Of a stretch of 64,000 nt of DNA, positions 26,501 through 35,900 are shown piece after piece. Position numbers and translations under genes: made by a program. Each line of letters starts with the position of its first letter. Within the stretch, counting starts at the first letter, position 1. The notes beneath the pieces were generated by a model that had not been told where the DNA came from, did no database searches, and saw only the letters and a list, made by a program, of their open reading frames with translations. Source of the stretch: a virus (lineage: Duplodnaviria > Caudoviricetes); the IMG/VR virus record IMGVR_UViG_3300008110_000042, positions 2,204 through 66,203 of that record; one strand, written 5' to 3'.

Positions 26501-27768
26501 GTAGTTCCAGCTCTAAGTTGTTGTATTCTTTTAAAGGTGTCTTTTAAAGCATCTCTCTTTAAACCAGTAATTTGACCTAACTGAGTAAGATCAAATTTAT
26601 TCTTAACATGTAGACGCATCATAGATAGTTTAAGTTTTTGTCCTTCATCAAGACCATCAATTCTATCTATTGCATTTTCTGCTAGGTGATCTGGCATTTC
26701 AGCAAAAGTTGTTGCAACAAGAGCAGCCATACCATTGTTTGGTTGCTCAGTTTCAACAACATCTTTAGTCATTCTTTCCATATCTACAGTAAGTTGACCA
26801 GTAGCATTCATAACAGCACTGTATGGACCATAATAAAAATTATCTGTCTGTACTAATGTTTGAAGATCTTCTGGTGATGTTATAGTATCAATATGTTGAA
26901 TTTGAAAATACCATTTACCATCTGCTCGTTTAATAACGGGAGAATTTTCTGTTCCTGTTACTGGATCTATACTAGTTATTTGTTTCCAATTACCTGCCAT
27001 ATCTTTTTTAAACCCTACTATTGGTATGTTTGGGTTTTCAGGATGTGGGGGTAGTGAGTAAGCACCAAGAAGAACTTGTGGTTGAATCTTTGGATCTCTA
27101 ACTCCAGCACCATTCTTCCAAGCAGCATAATTTTCTTCTTCTTTTACGACACCATTAATAACTCGCTGAGTTTCATATAGTAACTTGTTAGCAAATCTAT
27201 CAATATCTCTTAAGGAGTTTCTAGACGATAAAGCAAGCTCTTGGTATTTTAAACCTAGTTTTGTTATATCTAAATCTGGTGCAAAGTATTTCTCATCGCC
27301 TAAAACTTTAATAGCATCGGTTCTAAAATCTTCTTTAGTTTGCTTAATCTGAGTAACTAAATCATTAATTACTTTGCTATTAGCTGGTCTTTTTTCTTTA
27401 TCTGCATTGTAGATTTCAGTACTCTGTTGAAGATAAAAATCATCTAAAGTGCTCTGGTACTTATCTTTAAGTTCTACTACACCGTTTCTTTTTGAATCAA
27501 TAAGGTAGTCTAATACAGTTTCAAAAGTCTGTGATGCCATTTGAAAAGCATTTTGACCTAGGTTATACCAATAAATATCAGCGTTATCAATTCCAATTTG
27601 CTGTTGTGCGAATTGTACTTGACCTTCTTGATAAACATTAGCAACCTCTGGAGGAGTGAATCCAGCCTGTGGGCCTGTCTCAAATACTGTTTGTTCAATG
27701 GGATCTAAATTCTTAGAACCACCAAGTAAATTTTGTAGTTCTTTACTTACATTATTCTGTTGTGCCAT
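23521..27768 (-). CDS. large internal virion protein (gp15-like position)
   Basis: 1415 aa; synteny only. Confidence 0.6.
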   Translation of the reverse strand: MAQQNNVSKELQNLLGGSKNLDPIEQTVFETGPQAGFTPPEVANVYQEGQVQFAQQQIGIDNADIYWYNLGQNAFQMASQTFETVLDYLIDSKRNGVVELKDKYQSTLDDFYLQQSTEIYNADKEKRPANSKVINDLVTQIKQTKEDFRTDAIKVLGDEKYFAPDLDITKLGLKYQELALSSRNSLRDIDRFANKLLYETQRVINGVVKEEENYAAWKNGAGVRDPKIQPQVLLGAYSLPPHPENPNIPIVGFKKDMAGNWKQITSIDPVTGTENSPVIKRADGKWYFQIQHIDTITSPEDLQTLVQTDNFYYGPYSAVMNATGQLTVDMERMTKDVVETEQPNNGMAALVATTFAEMPDHLAENAIDRIDGLDEGQKLKLSMMRLHVKNKFDLTQLGQITGLKRDALKDTFKRIQQLRAGTTIFNGSQNPQDVAKFEELVGVTYSLLKKFGADIEEGSLELTAKAGNLIDETPNISASSLLAENPALVPILARVSATLESNPGLFGTDSEARKTAIETLLDEQVRREGYIVTNNPNTGMPLILYAPNMSYMENIKASLDKSPMLAGLPKEKKELLKDPVEKDKALIKAHMFGNNWLNTMTADRDFKSSALNFAKQINPQVDTEVFEALLDGAVNTTRDKNGVRIQTSITGFDLLRFTIASSPTAMEKRTSKGKNGIVFAEGYTPAFEARLVAAKQVFDDLPITSSTGAIPWFDASFNYSQTMYNFMGTPRGGRPIKITKLTGASGTDYIEVITPKGSRQLGAITPMTADGTPLLYIPQETDASGGNRLSLEKGMSKYLEAERGIYPYTFVPFDSESAPNFGPMEADQVIYAVNEPYLPTKSAILANVNSPLTTFEDAKAFFAQNNTAFHDIVMSDSQLKKSKNLAWEIARDADGTQTYDENKALFTDANLKQLFDKAVANGAKTNVEFLGYIFNAMRVYQDNSQVDFGRNTNMERATKSSSTDFAVQRGDNKGLILYSPNSEKFITGVETNLSNGLNLYYKSGKYYMLRPEESNKDYRLIIDSATAADSSELTGLKAKQEKAKAAKSIFYTQPIPRISTEALENLAKPSTISQEKLATFQQDFMKYAYSKDLINNPDFRYINWTQLYTDTGSFPDNPEEIPSEYFLPGHSSTLPLRARIAIQGREQGYIGQGIEETIKERTPSSPNVMPELAAAPTVIAGTEGFVRGVYSSFVDTNKRDIEIFRENNIDADPQDWLNSLFGTDELSVIRRSTGRTVWNIPEQTFNVVHYIKSSNNPYNAESSFGLSEQSWKTIQDSPLTKPELEYQLRVIAGKQPNNTQAIRKNNGALDWNKPTKEEAAKTMNEVIGQLNPNEFTLDELREIKLKDEILQAYSLRNVKITNTDSILEAIKDPSKLVNIKRKYFQMTLYPDGYMSKTNRSTKQTRIEAIAAMLQL

Positions 27769-28804
27769 TTAAATCTCCGAACATGTTTGGATACTTTGTC
27801 ATTGCTGTATAAATACTTTCAGCAAGTTCTTGTTCATTAGTAATACGCTTGCTAGCAATCTCTCCCTTAAGACCACGAATAATCTGATCTTGTGGGCTGC
27901 TTTCAGCGTTAATTGAAAAAGCTTCACCCCAACGATCAAGAGTATAAAAGCCTTGCTCAAGAAGTTTAGTAGACTCCATAGCAGCTTGTCTTTCTTGCAT
28001 TGAGATGACTGAGCGCTGTGCTGATAGTTTCATATCAACAGCTTGCTTGATTGGATTGATTGCGCTGTCTCTAACTAAGACTTGCTCAGCAAATGAGGGC
28101 GCACCAAACTGATCCTTTGGAAATACTTGCTGTCTATTTTCCACAGCAAAGCCGGGAATAAAACCTGTATTTTGTCCATAGATTCCAATGCGGCCATTAA
28201 CAACATTAGCCACATCAAATAAATTTAATTGCTCTAATCTTACAAAGTCAGCAGTATGCTGTTCAACAGAAACATCTGGATCAAGATCATTCTTCAAAAT
28301 AAAGTTATTTACTTTATCTGATAATGACTTACTGTAGACTTGATTAGCTTTGCTTAGATTAGCATTGGCAACTGTTGTTGATAACTTTGCCAACTCAGGT
28401 TCCAATACGGATCTTGCCCATGTTGGTGAGTTGTCAATACGATCTCTCAAAAAGAATTCTTTATTGGAGACACCATTAATTAAATTGGTTTCGTTTAAAG
28501 TTACATTAACAAAGTCAGACTGTGCGCCTTCTAATCCCCGTGGATGCATGTTCTCGTATGTTTTCCAATATGTATTTCTAGCATTATTGGACATACCGTC
28601 AATATTAATATTCTTCTTCCAGTAGTTAAAACGACTGGCTGGATTATTTGGATACATGTTGGATGCGACTTCAGCAACTTGCTTGATCTTTGCGACATCC
28701 TGTGTATCAATCATATCTTGTTCTTTGGCTTCTGGTATTGTTGTCCCTGATACGGACTCAGAAGCAATCTTCTGCAAAGAAGACATAAGATCTTTCTTAG
28801 CCAT
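27752..28804 (-). CDS. putative internal virion protein
   Basis: 350 aa between the gp14-like and gp15-like genes; GGAGG RBS. Confidence 0.55.
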   Translation of the reverse strand: MAKKDLMSSLQKIASESVSGTTIPEAKEQDMIDTQDVAKIKQVAEVASNMYPNNPASRFNYWKKNINIDGMSNNARNTYWKTYENMHPRGLEGAQSDFVNVTLNETNLINGVSNKEFFLRDRIDNSPTWARSVLEPELAKLSTTVANANLSKANQVYSKSLSDKVNNFILKNDLDPDVSVEQHTADFVRLEQLNLFDVANVVNGRIGIYGQNTGFIPGFAVENRQQVFPKDQFGAPSFAEQVLVRDSAINPIKQAVDMKLSAQRSVISMQERQAAMESTKLLEQGFYTLDRWGEAFSINAESSPQDQIIRGLKGEIASKRITNEQELAESIYTAMTKYPNMFGDLNGTTE

Positions 28805-28819
28805 TAACTACCTCCGTTT

Positions 28820-29581
28820 TTATTTAAATTGAAAAGTGGGAATACCTGTATAAGTAGTACTGCCCATTCCAGTATATACAGGGACAACATTGGAAGGCGT
28901 AGGAACTGAGCCACCACCAGCGCCGCCTCCACCACCTTGACCGGGGAAGCCATACTTAGCACCAGCACCAACGAATGCAGAAGCTCCAGATAGACCAGCC
29001 TGAATTAAACCAGTTGTTAAAGCAGTGCTTGAGTTGTCTGGGATACCGCCTTTAGCTGGAATAAATACTCCTAGATCTGGGGCAATAGATGAGGCTCTTT
29101 GAGAAAGCCGTGCTTGCTGTTGTGTCACAATATCTTGATATGCACTTCTATGGTTTAACTTTAAAGCAGCCATATTATTACCAAGCGATTCAATGTTCTG
29201 TCTAAACAAAGCTCGGGCTGTTCCACTTGTTGGATTCATTCCTCGGCCTGTCGTTGCTGCCAAGAACTGTGCGTTTACCTGAGCAGTTTGTTTGCTTAGT
29301 GTACTCTTTTGATTTGAAAAAGACTTGTCCAAATAAAGCTCAGCCATTGCTCGTTCTTTATTTGCCGCTTTTTCGATCTGAGTATTTCTTTCAAGATTGG
29401 CTTGAAACTGTCGCATTGTATTGCGATCTTGTGCTTGTTTCTGCCATTGATTCTGGAAGTTAGCATTACGCTGTTGAATTTCAGCAGCCATTGCCTGAGA
29501 CTCAGCCTGACTTGACTGACCCAATGCACCCATAACGCCGGAAGCCAAAGCCATTACGCCCATTCCGATTGCTACTGGCAT
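28820..29581 (-). CDS. internal virion protein (gp14-like)
   Basis: Hydrophobic G/A/M N-terminus, Q/A-rich helical core, G-rich C-terminus. Confidence 0.7.
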   Translation of the reverse strand: MPVAIGMGVMALASGVMGALGQSSQAESQAMAAEIQQRNANFQNQWQKQAQDRNTMRQFQANLERNTQIEKAANKERAMAELYLDKSFSNQKSTLSKQTAQVNAQFLAATTGRGMNPTSGTARALFRQNIESLGNNMAALKLNHRSAYQDIVTQQQARLSQRASSIAPDLGVFIPAKGGIPDNSSTALTTGLIQAGLSGASAFVGAGAKYGFPGQGGGGGAGGGSVPTPSNVVPVYTGMGSTTYTGIPTFQFK

Positions 29582-30069
29582 GATAATCCTCTTTCTATAA
29601 ATGAGAGAATACTATTTATGGAAGAATCTAGGTCTTCAGTATACACTCTCATAACTTGTTTATTGTTCAGTGATGATAACCACTGCTCTGTATTTTCTAT
29701 GAATGGAAGTAGTAAAGAAGATGGTGAATCTAAAGATAGTAACTGGTTATTTAGTTTGCACTCGTCTTTAAATACTTTGTAAAGACTGGCAACTTGAGCT
29801 ACTTTATCCTTACGCTCAAGAGCAACAACACCAACTATCTTATTAACATCAATGTCTAAATAAGAAGGATACCATAGCTTAACCAAACAGTTATTAATTG
29901 TTGGATCATATATAACAGCATCCCAATATCCATCTACATTGTGTTGTTCGACTGTAAAGTTAGGTATAAACTTATAACCATGTATTGGTATTCCTTTTTG
30001 TTTTGCTTGCTGCATAACAAATGATGTTCCTGTCCGTGGACCTAAGCCTGTTACAATAACTATACTCAT
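29572..30069 (-). CDS. sulfotransferase-like P-loop protein
   Basis: IVIVTGLGPRTGTSFVMQ resembles the PAPS-binding loop; later ALER..AQVAS and VYTEDL. Confidence 0.6.
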   Translation of the reverse strand: MSIVIVTGLGPRTGTSFVMQQAKQKGIPIHGYKFIPNFTVEQHNVDGYWDAVIYDPTINNCLVKLWYPSYLDIDVNKIVGVVALERKDKVAQVASLYKVFKDECKLNNQLLSLDSPSSLLLPFIENTEQWLSSLNNKQVMRVYTEDLDSSINSILSFIERGLSCQ

Positions 30070-31751
30070 CTTCGTTTACGGTTTAAAATAGATTTACCAA
30101 ACTTATTTTCTTTTGGTTCTTTCCCATTCAGTAGGATAGCACCAGAGATTCTATCACCTAGAATACCTAGGGATCTCTTGTTGCTCATCCAATCTTTTAC
30201 TTTATTCTTATAATCTTCTTCTTGTCTATTGATCATTTCTCTTTCGGGATCAACCGCCAGAGCTTCAGTCCAATAGGATACAGCAGCAGCGAGTACATCT
30301 ACACGGTCATCGTGCTTTAGTGCGCCACGCTTTTCCTGCATTCTAGTAATTTGAATTTGATTATCTTTATTTTTTAATACTTCGGTATCCATAACTAATC
30401 TATGCTGTGCCATAATTGGCTCTAGTATATTAATTATTCTATGTTCCTTTTGTCCTGATACTTTGAATTCTTCAATGGCAACAGCACCACAATTCTGCAT
30501 TACGACAGGTGTAAGGATCTTGCCAAACATACCATCACCGTAGTTAGACTCATACCTTACGAGATTAATGTCGTACTGATTAATCAACTTACAGATTTGT
30601 TTAAGTGTTGGTGTATCATAGCCACCCTGAATACCTAGTAGTTCATGGATGACAACATAACCATGAGCGAACGATGCAACGCATACCGCAGTTTCATCCG
30701 CGCCTCTACCAGATGGGTCGATAAACAATACAGTCTGTGAATACGGGACAAACTTAGGTTCAATGTGCATTGGTTCATATACAAGATCTCCTTTCATACC
30801 AAAAGAAGAAACTCTTCTATTTACCACGCTCTTAGCATGAACAATTTTTACCGGAAAGACTTCTGGATCGACATCAATAACGATGATGTCTTCCAATCTG
30901 AGGGGATATTTCTTGTTGTCAGCTGAAGTCGTTTTGAGTTTATAGTGGAGTTCAAAATTTGTAGGACCAATCTTTGCTTCAAGTTCAGCAAGTTTCTCAT
31001 CCGAGAATCGCTCTGGCTGTGTCGAACAACCCGGCTCCATGCCCAACTGCAACACATAGGAATCAACATCTTCAACATCCTCTGCATTATCCAAGTCTGG
31101 CATTACTGCCGGAAACTTGATAATCTTGTAGATACCACCTAGTTTGTTATATACAGAGTCTTTGGATTGTGGTGTACCAAGGAATCTGATAGAGCAGTCT
31201 TCACCTTTGTTCTTGACATTCTCAAGTTCAAGGCAACGCTCCCATAATTTCTCTCTAGCCTGTGGGCTATCTGAGTTCTCAGGAATCTCTACATCGTCAC
31301 CAATGATCTTGTCTGCGTGTAGACCTGTGATCTGGGAGGTAATACCTCTAGCGGTAACGGATAGATCCTGAGTAAATTTAGTTCTACTGTTTACATTAAA
31401 ACCAAAAGCACTATCCTTATCGGACTCCTTTGGTTCTAGGTTTGCCATGTATGGAACCAGAGTTAAAATGTTTCTGGCCTGAGATACAAACTTAATTGCC
31501 TTATCCGCTGTAGCAGAAAGTACAAGTATTGTTGTATTAGGATTCCGTAGTAGAATCCAAGATACATAACAAGCTGTGATTACACTCTTACCAGCACCAC
31601 GCCCTGCCTGTAGGATATGATCACTTGGACCTTCCTGTAGACGGTTAGCTATGGCATACTGGAGAGGGGTGGGTTCACCTAAACCCAAATACTTAAAACA
31701 AAAATAAAGGTGATTGCGGAAGTCGTCTATGACCTCTGGGGGTGGCTTCAT
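30066..31751 (-). CDS. terL: terminase large subunit
   Basis: AGRGAGKS Walker A, IIGDDVE Walker B, IDPSGRGADET and HDDRVD nuclease motifs as in T7 gp19. Confidence 0.95.
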   Translation of the reverse strand: MKPPPEVIDDFRNHLYFCFKYLGLGEPTPLQYAIANRLQEGPSDHILQAGRGAGKSVITACYVSWILLRNPNTTILVLSATADKAIKFVSQARNILTLVPYMANLEPKESDKDSAFGFNVNSRTKFTQDLSVTARGITSQITGLHADKIIGDDVEIPENSDSPQAREKLWERCLELENVKNKGEDCSIRFLGTPQSKDSVYNKLGGIYKIIKFPAVMPDLDNAEDVEDVDSYVLQLGMEPGCSTQPERFSDEKLAELEAKIGPTNFELHYKLKTTSADNKKYPLRLEDIIVIDVDPEVFPVKIVHAKSVVNRRVSSFGMKGDLVYEPMHIEPKFVPYSQTVLFIDPSGRGADETAVCVASFAHGYVVIHELLGIQGGYDTPTLKQICKLINQYDINLVRYESNYGDGMFGKILTPVVMQNCGAVAIEEFKVSGQKEHRIINILEPIMAQHRLVMDTEVLKNKDNQIQITRMQEKRGALKHDDRVDVLAAAVSYWTEALAVDPEREMINRQEEDYKNKVKDWMSNKRSLGILGDRISGAILLNGKEPKENKFGKSILNRKRR

Positions 31752-31830
31752 GGTTTGCCTCCTAATGGCCCTAGAATGGCCTATAAACGGTTTTAATGTG
31801 TTCAGGCTATCTGGGTAGCCTCGGCATACG

Positions 31831-31863
31831 AAAAACCCTAGGGAGCAATTAAGCTCCCTAGGG
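31831..31863 (-). terminator. intrinsic terminator between small and large terminase genes
   Basis: CCCTAGGGAGC-TTAATT-GCTCCCTAGGG-TTTTT. Confidence 0.75.
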
Positions 31864-31870
31864 CGAACTT

Positions 31871-32095
31871 TTAAATCTGTGAAGACTTAAACTTGAATGG
31901 TATCTTGGCCTTCATGCTATCCTCAAGGGTGTTGAGGGTACTGGAGGGGATGCCATCTAGCACCTCCCGGTTGTCGTTTACCACGCCACGAATGACTTGG
32001 TATAGTCCGGGGGTACTCTTTGTATCGTCCTTGAGATCGTCCAATAGACGCTCAATAAGACGAGAGTTCAATAAATTGATTAGTTCTGGATTCAC
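31871..32095 (-). CDS. terS: terminase small subunit (T7 gp18-like)
   Basis: LLDDLKD...TPGLYQVI resembles T7 gp18; directly upstream of terL. Confidence 0.75.
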   Translation of the reverse strand: MNPELINLLNSRLIERLLDDLKDDTKSTPGLYQVIRGVVNDNREVLDGIPSSTLNTLEDSMKAKIPFKFKSSQI

Positions 32096-32205
32096 TTCTT
32101 CTTGAACAACTCAGGAAGCTTACTTACGGGAACGACTGAACCCGCAACATAGCCTACTACGAAGAGCATGAGAGCAAACCAAACTGAACCTAGGAATGAT
32201 TCCAT
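32092..32205 (-). CDS. 37-aa membrane peptide (lysis-block candidate)
   Basis: Manual translation MESFLGSVWFALMLFVVGYVAGSVVPVSKLPELFKKK*. Confidence 0.6.
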   Translation of the reverse strand: MESFLGSVWFALMLFVVGYVAGSVVPVSKLPELFKKK

Positions 32206-32210
32206 AATTA

Positions 32211-32681
32211 TTATCCTTCTACTTTCTTATATGCAGCATTGAATGCGGGATCTGAGGCCCGTAGTACTGCAATTGCTTCACGAATTGTTGTGGGGTCTGT
32301 TTCATCCTTGGCCTCGGCAAGTACCTTGGCCTGTTGAATCTTTTTCTCTGGGATGAATAGACCTAATGAATAAACAGTTTTTTGAATTAAAGTTCCGACA
32401 CCTGTGTACCACAACAATACACAGACACCGATGATAGCCAAGGCTATGAAACCATAGCTTAACATATCTCCCCACCACGGCGTGATGTCTTTTACATTGC
32501 CAACGGCTCCTGCTATGTCAGTAGACTCACCAAGGATATTGTGGGCATGCTTGTGAGCAGTCTTAATATCCGTGGTTTGAATAATAGCCATAGCCTCTTG
32601 TTGAATATAGTGATTGCTTGTGGATATCTCCTGTGTAGAAGAACATCCAGCCAAAGCAACCAACCAGAATAGATAACGCAT
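32211..32681 (-). CDS. lipoprotein with internal transmembrane helix (spanin-like candidate)
   Basis: Lipobox LAG-C at residue 13, then TM segment YGFIALAIIGVCVLLWY. Confidence 0.65.
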   Translation of the reverse strand: MRYLFWLVALAGCSSTQEISTSNHYIQQEAMAIIQTTDIKTAHKHAHNILGESTDIAGAVGNVKDITPWWGDMLSYGFIALAIIGVCVLLWYTGVGTLIQKTVYSLGLFIPEKKIQQAKVLAEAKDETDPTTIREAIAVLRASDPAFNAAYKKVEG

Positions 32682-32935
32682 TACTTGGACTCCAGCATTT
32701 CTACACGATAGCGTAGTGCCTTGAGATCTCCTATGACGGTTATGATACTCTTCCCATTTTCAATATCAGCCTTTACTAAGTCTTTGGTTATTTCCTTGAG
32801 TTGTCTAAGCTCATCGGCATTAGATTCAATCAAGGCTTCTCGCTTACCTAGTCTGACAATCACAGTGACCACACCAATGGTGAGAATAGCCAACTGCATA
32901 AATGAAACAAATATTGCAAGGTTATTCTCTGTCAT
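32681..32935 (-). CDS. membrane protein, N-terminal TM plus coiled coil (holin-like position)
   Basis: Hydrophobic residues 7-27; follows the tail fibre gene. Confidence 0.6.
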   Translation of the reverse strand: MTENNLAIFVSFMQLAILTIGVVTVIVRLGKREALIESNADELRQLKEITKDLVKADIENGKSIITVIGDLKALRYRVEMLESK

Positions 32936-32945
32936 TATTTATTCC

Positions 32946-35900
32946 TTAAGTTAAACGAGTAATAAGAAGTTGTGCATATCTACTAGCTGTTCCTGTGGCT
33001 ACACCAGCATTTCTAAGTTTTGCTATTGTAAAAGACCCAGCAGTTCCAATAAAAGGACCAACACTGTATGTAGCTGGAGCAATACCAAGAGTTTGTAATG
33101 CGACGGCCTCTATAAGAGAGTGAGCAACAGCACTAGGAATACTCTGGTTTGCTGCATCAAAGTCCCAAGTATAAGTTGTACTACTACCATAACCATAAAA
33201 AGCACCTGTGGTGACTAAGAATGTTCCAGTTCCAGTTATAACAACACTTGAGTTTCTACAATCAACACCAGTAGCTAGTGTAACTTTTAAAAGAGTGGGT
33301 GTGTTAATAGTAAAAGATGAAATATTAACATTTATAGTTTGACTTTGTGCAGTAATAGCCGCTGTTACTAAAGTGCTAGTTGGTTTTAAAGTGTCTACAT
33401 AACCCTTAGTAGCTGCATGATTAGCTACAGTAGGTGTAGCAACTCCGCTGATTACACCGTTTACTGTTAGTGTACCATAGATAGCAGAGCTACCATTGGT
33501 ACTTCCAGCAGTACCAGTAGTTAAACCACCAGCAGTAATGGTAACACCATTTGCTTCTACAGTAAGACCATTCTTAATAGTTGTTCCACCAGTACCAGCA
33601 ATTGTTAATCTATCTGTGTTATTTGTTTGAATAGCAAAGGTATTAGCAGTACTTGTACCAAGGGTTTGAGGAGTAGCGCTGACTGCTCCGTTTGTAGGCA
33701 TGAAGCCGCTGATACCAGAGATTGCAGTATCTAGCACACCCTTAGTAATTACTGCATCATTAGCAGTAGTGACTGTTGTGTTTGTAGCATTTGATACTAT
33801 ATAAGCCTTACCACTGGCAGGGGTGCGAAGAATAATATCTCCTATACTGCTTACACCAGCAGCAGCACCAAGACGCTCAATAGATGTTGTGGCTGCTGCA
33901 GCTGTTCCACCGAGGGCAACCTTAGCAGCAGCCGCGCCTAGGGCAAGACTGTCATTAAGAGTTACTGCCCCACCTAGTGTGGTAGTGTTGCTGCCAGTAA
34001 CAGTCAATGAACCAGCAATGCTAGTAGTATCGTTAATTGTGGTAGTTCCACCAAAAGAATCTAGAATTAAACCACCAGTAGAGGTGTTGATTGTATTAGT
34101 AGCTAGAGTAATATTACCAAGAGTAGCAGAACCAAACTGAACTGCGCTGTTAGTGGCAATATTTTGTGGTAGAGTTAAAGCAACTGAGTCACCTGTTCTT
34201 GTTGCAGTTATTGCGTTTGCTCCAGCACCAGTAACAGCAGTTACCGCTTGACCAGCAGCAAGAGTGGTAGTAAAAGTTAAGTTACTACTTCCTGTAAAAG
34301 TTTGCGCTGCTGAAGTTACTGCGCCAGCAATAGCAATAGTAGCACCGGGAGTTAAAGCTGTGGCTGTTGCTGCGTTACCAGTAATGCTGCTTGAAGTATA
34401 TGCAATATCTCTTGTTGTACTGCCGTCAATACGAACCTTTAGTGTACCGCTTTGATTCCACACATCTCCAGCAACTGGAGATCCTGTAGTACCAGATGGT
34501 AGGTTTAAACCAGCGTTAGTGCTTGGCGTAGCTGTAGTCAGCTTTCCAGTCATAGCCTGAGTGCCATCGCGTAGCATGGTTAAACCACGCAGGTCATTTA
34601 CCGCCTTAGAGTTAGCTACAGTTGTGGTACTTGAGCTACTAGTGCTATCAGTTAGATCGACTGCGATAAGACCAGAGATATTTGTCAAACCACCTGTTGA
34701 AGTGTTTACTTTAACACCGCCTAATTGGGTTGGTGAGGCGGTTGGTAAAGACAGAGCACCTGTCCCAGTGTCTAAATTTAAACCACTGGTATTAACAGCA
34801 GCAACCATGACTTGACCAAGGGTGGAGTTTCCAGCAACTGAAGTAACACTAACAATACCACTAGCAATAGAAAGACCAGTACCAATTTTAATACCACCAA
34901 GTTGAGAAGCTGTAGCAGTATTAAGAGTAATATCTCCTGTACCACTATTGATTAGTAAACCACCAGCTGTAGGAACTTGAACTAAACCTAGTGTAGCAGC
35001 ACCAGCAATACTTGCTGAGACTGATCTAGATGTTCCAAAGTTTCGGATAAAGACAGAACCAGATGGAGTAACTGCACTATCTAAATAAACAATTACTTTT
35101 TTAGGGCTTACGCCTGTATCTAAACGGAAGAATCTACCAGCTGCGGCTGGAACCGCTGTACTTGGAATATAAATACGACCTTCTGAATCAGTTACTATTA
35201 GCATTTCTGCTGTTGTTGCAGCAAGAGTGGCTAAAGAAAACTCATAAGGTTTATTACCATTTACTATAGTACCAGCAGTAGGCCAAGCATTTGTAAAGGT
35301 TTGTGGATCTGTGACAGCCTGACCATAAAGAGTAAGGGCTTGTACATATCCGTAGTTTACAGCATCATTAGCGGCTAGCGAACCACCAGAACGCATTGTA
35401 ACATTAATGATTGGGTTGCTATTAGCGTTAATAAGACCGCCAGAAATAGCCAAAGCATTGGCTTCTAAATAACTCCTTGTGACTACATCTTGAGCACTTG
35501 TTGGATCTACAACATTACTAATCTTTTTAGTACCAGCGCTAAGAACGCCACCTGTTAGGAATACGGAATTAGTAGCTAATCGGTTATCAATAACGGTGTT
35601 AAGACCTGAAGTTAAAGTGTAGTTTGTGTCTACATAATTCTTAGTAACAGCGTCTGTAGAAAGAGTAGGCTCACCTAAAAGTAGAATCTTTTGGTTATTA
35701 AGACTTACAGCTGCTGTAGGCGCAGTCATTTGATCAAGTCTATTTGCTTGGACTGCGGTATTAAAATTGGAAACATTACTGGCTGTAATACTGCCACCAG
35801 ATACGGAAGTCACACGACCATAGGTATCGACAGTGATGCTATTGGGGATGCTAGTAACACCTAGACCTGTGGTAATAACTCCAGAAGGAAGATTAGATGC

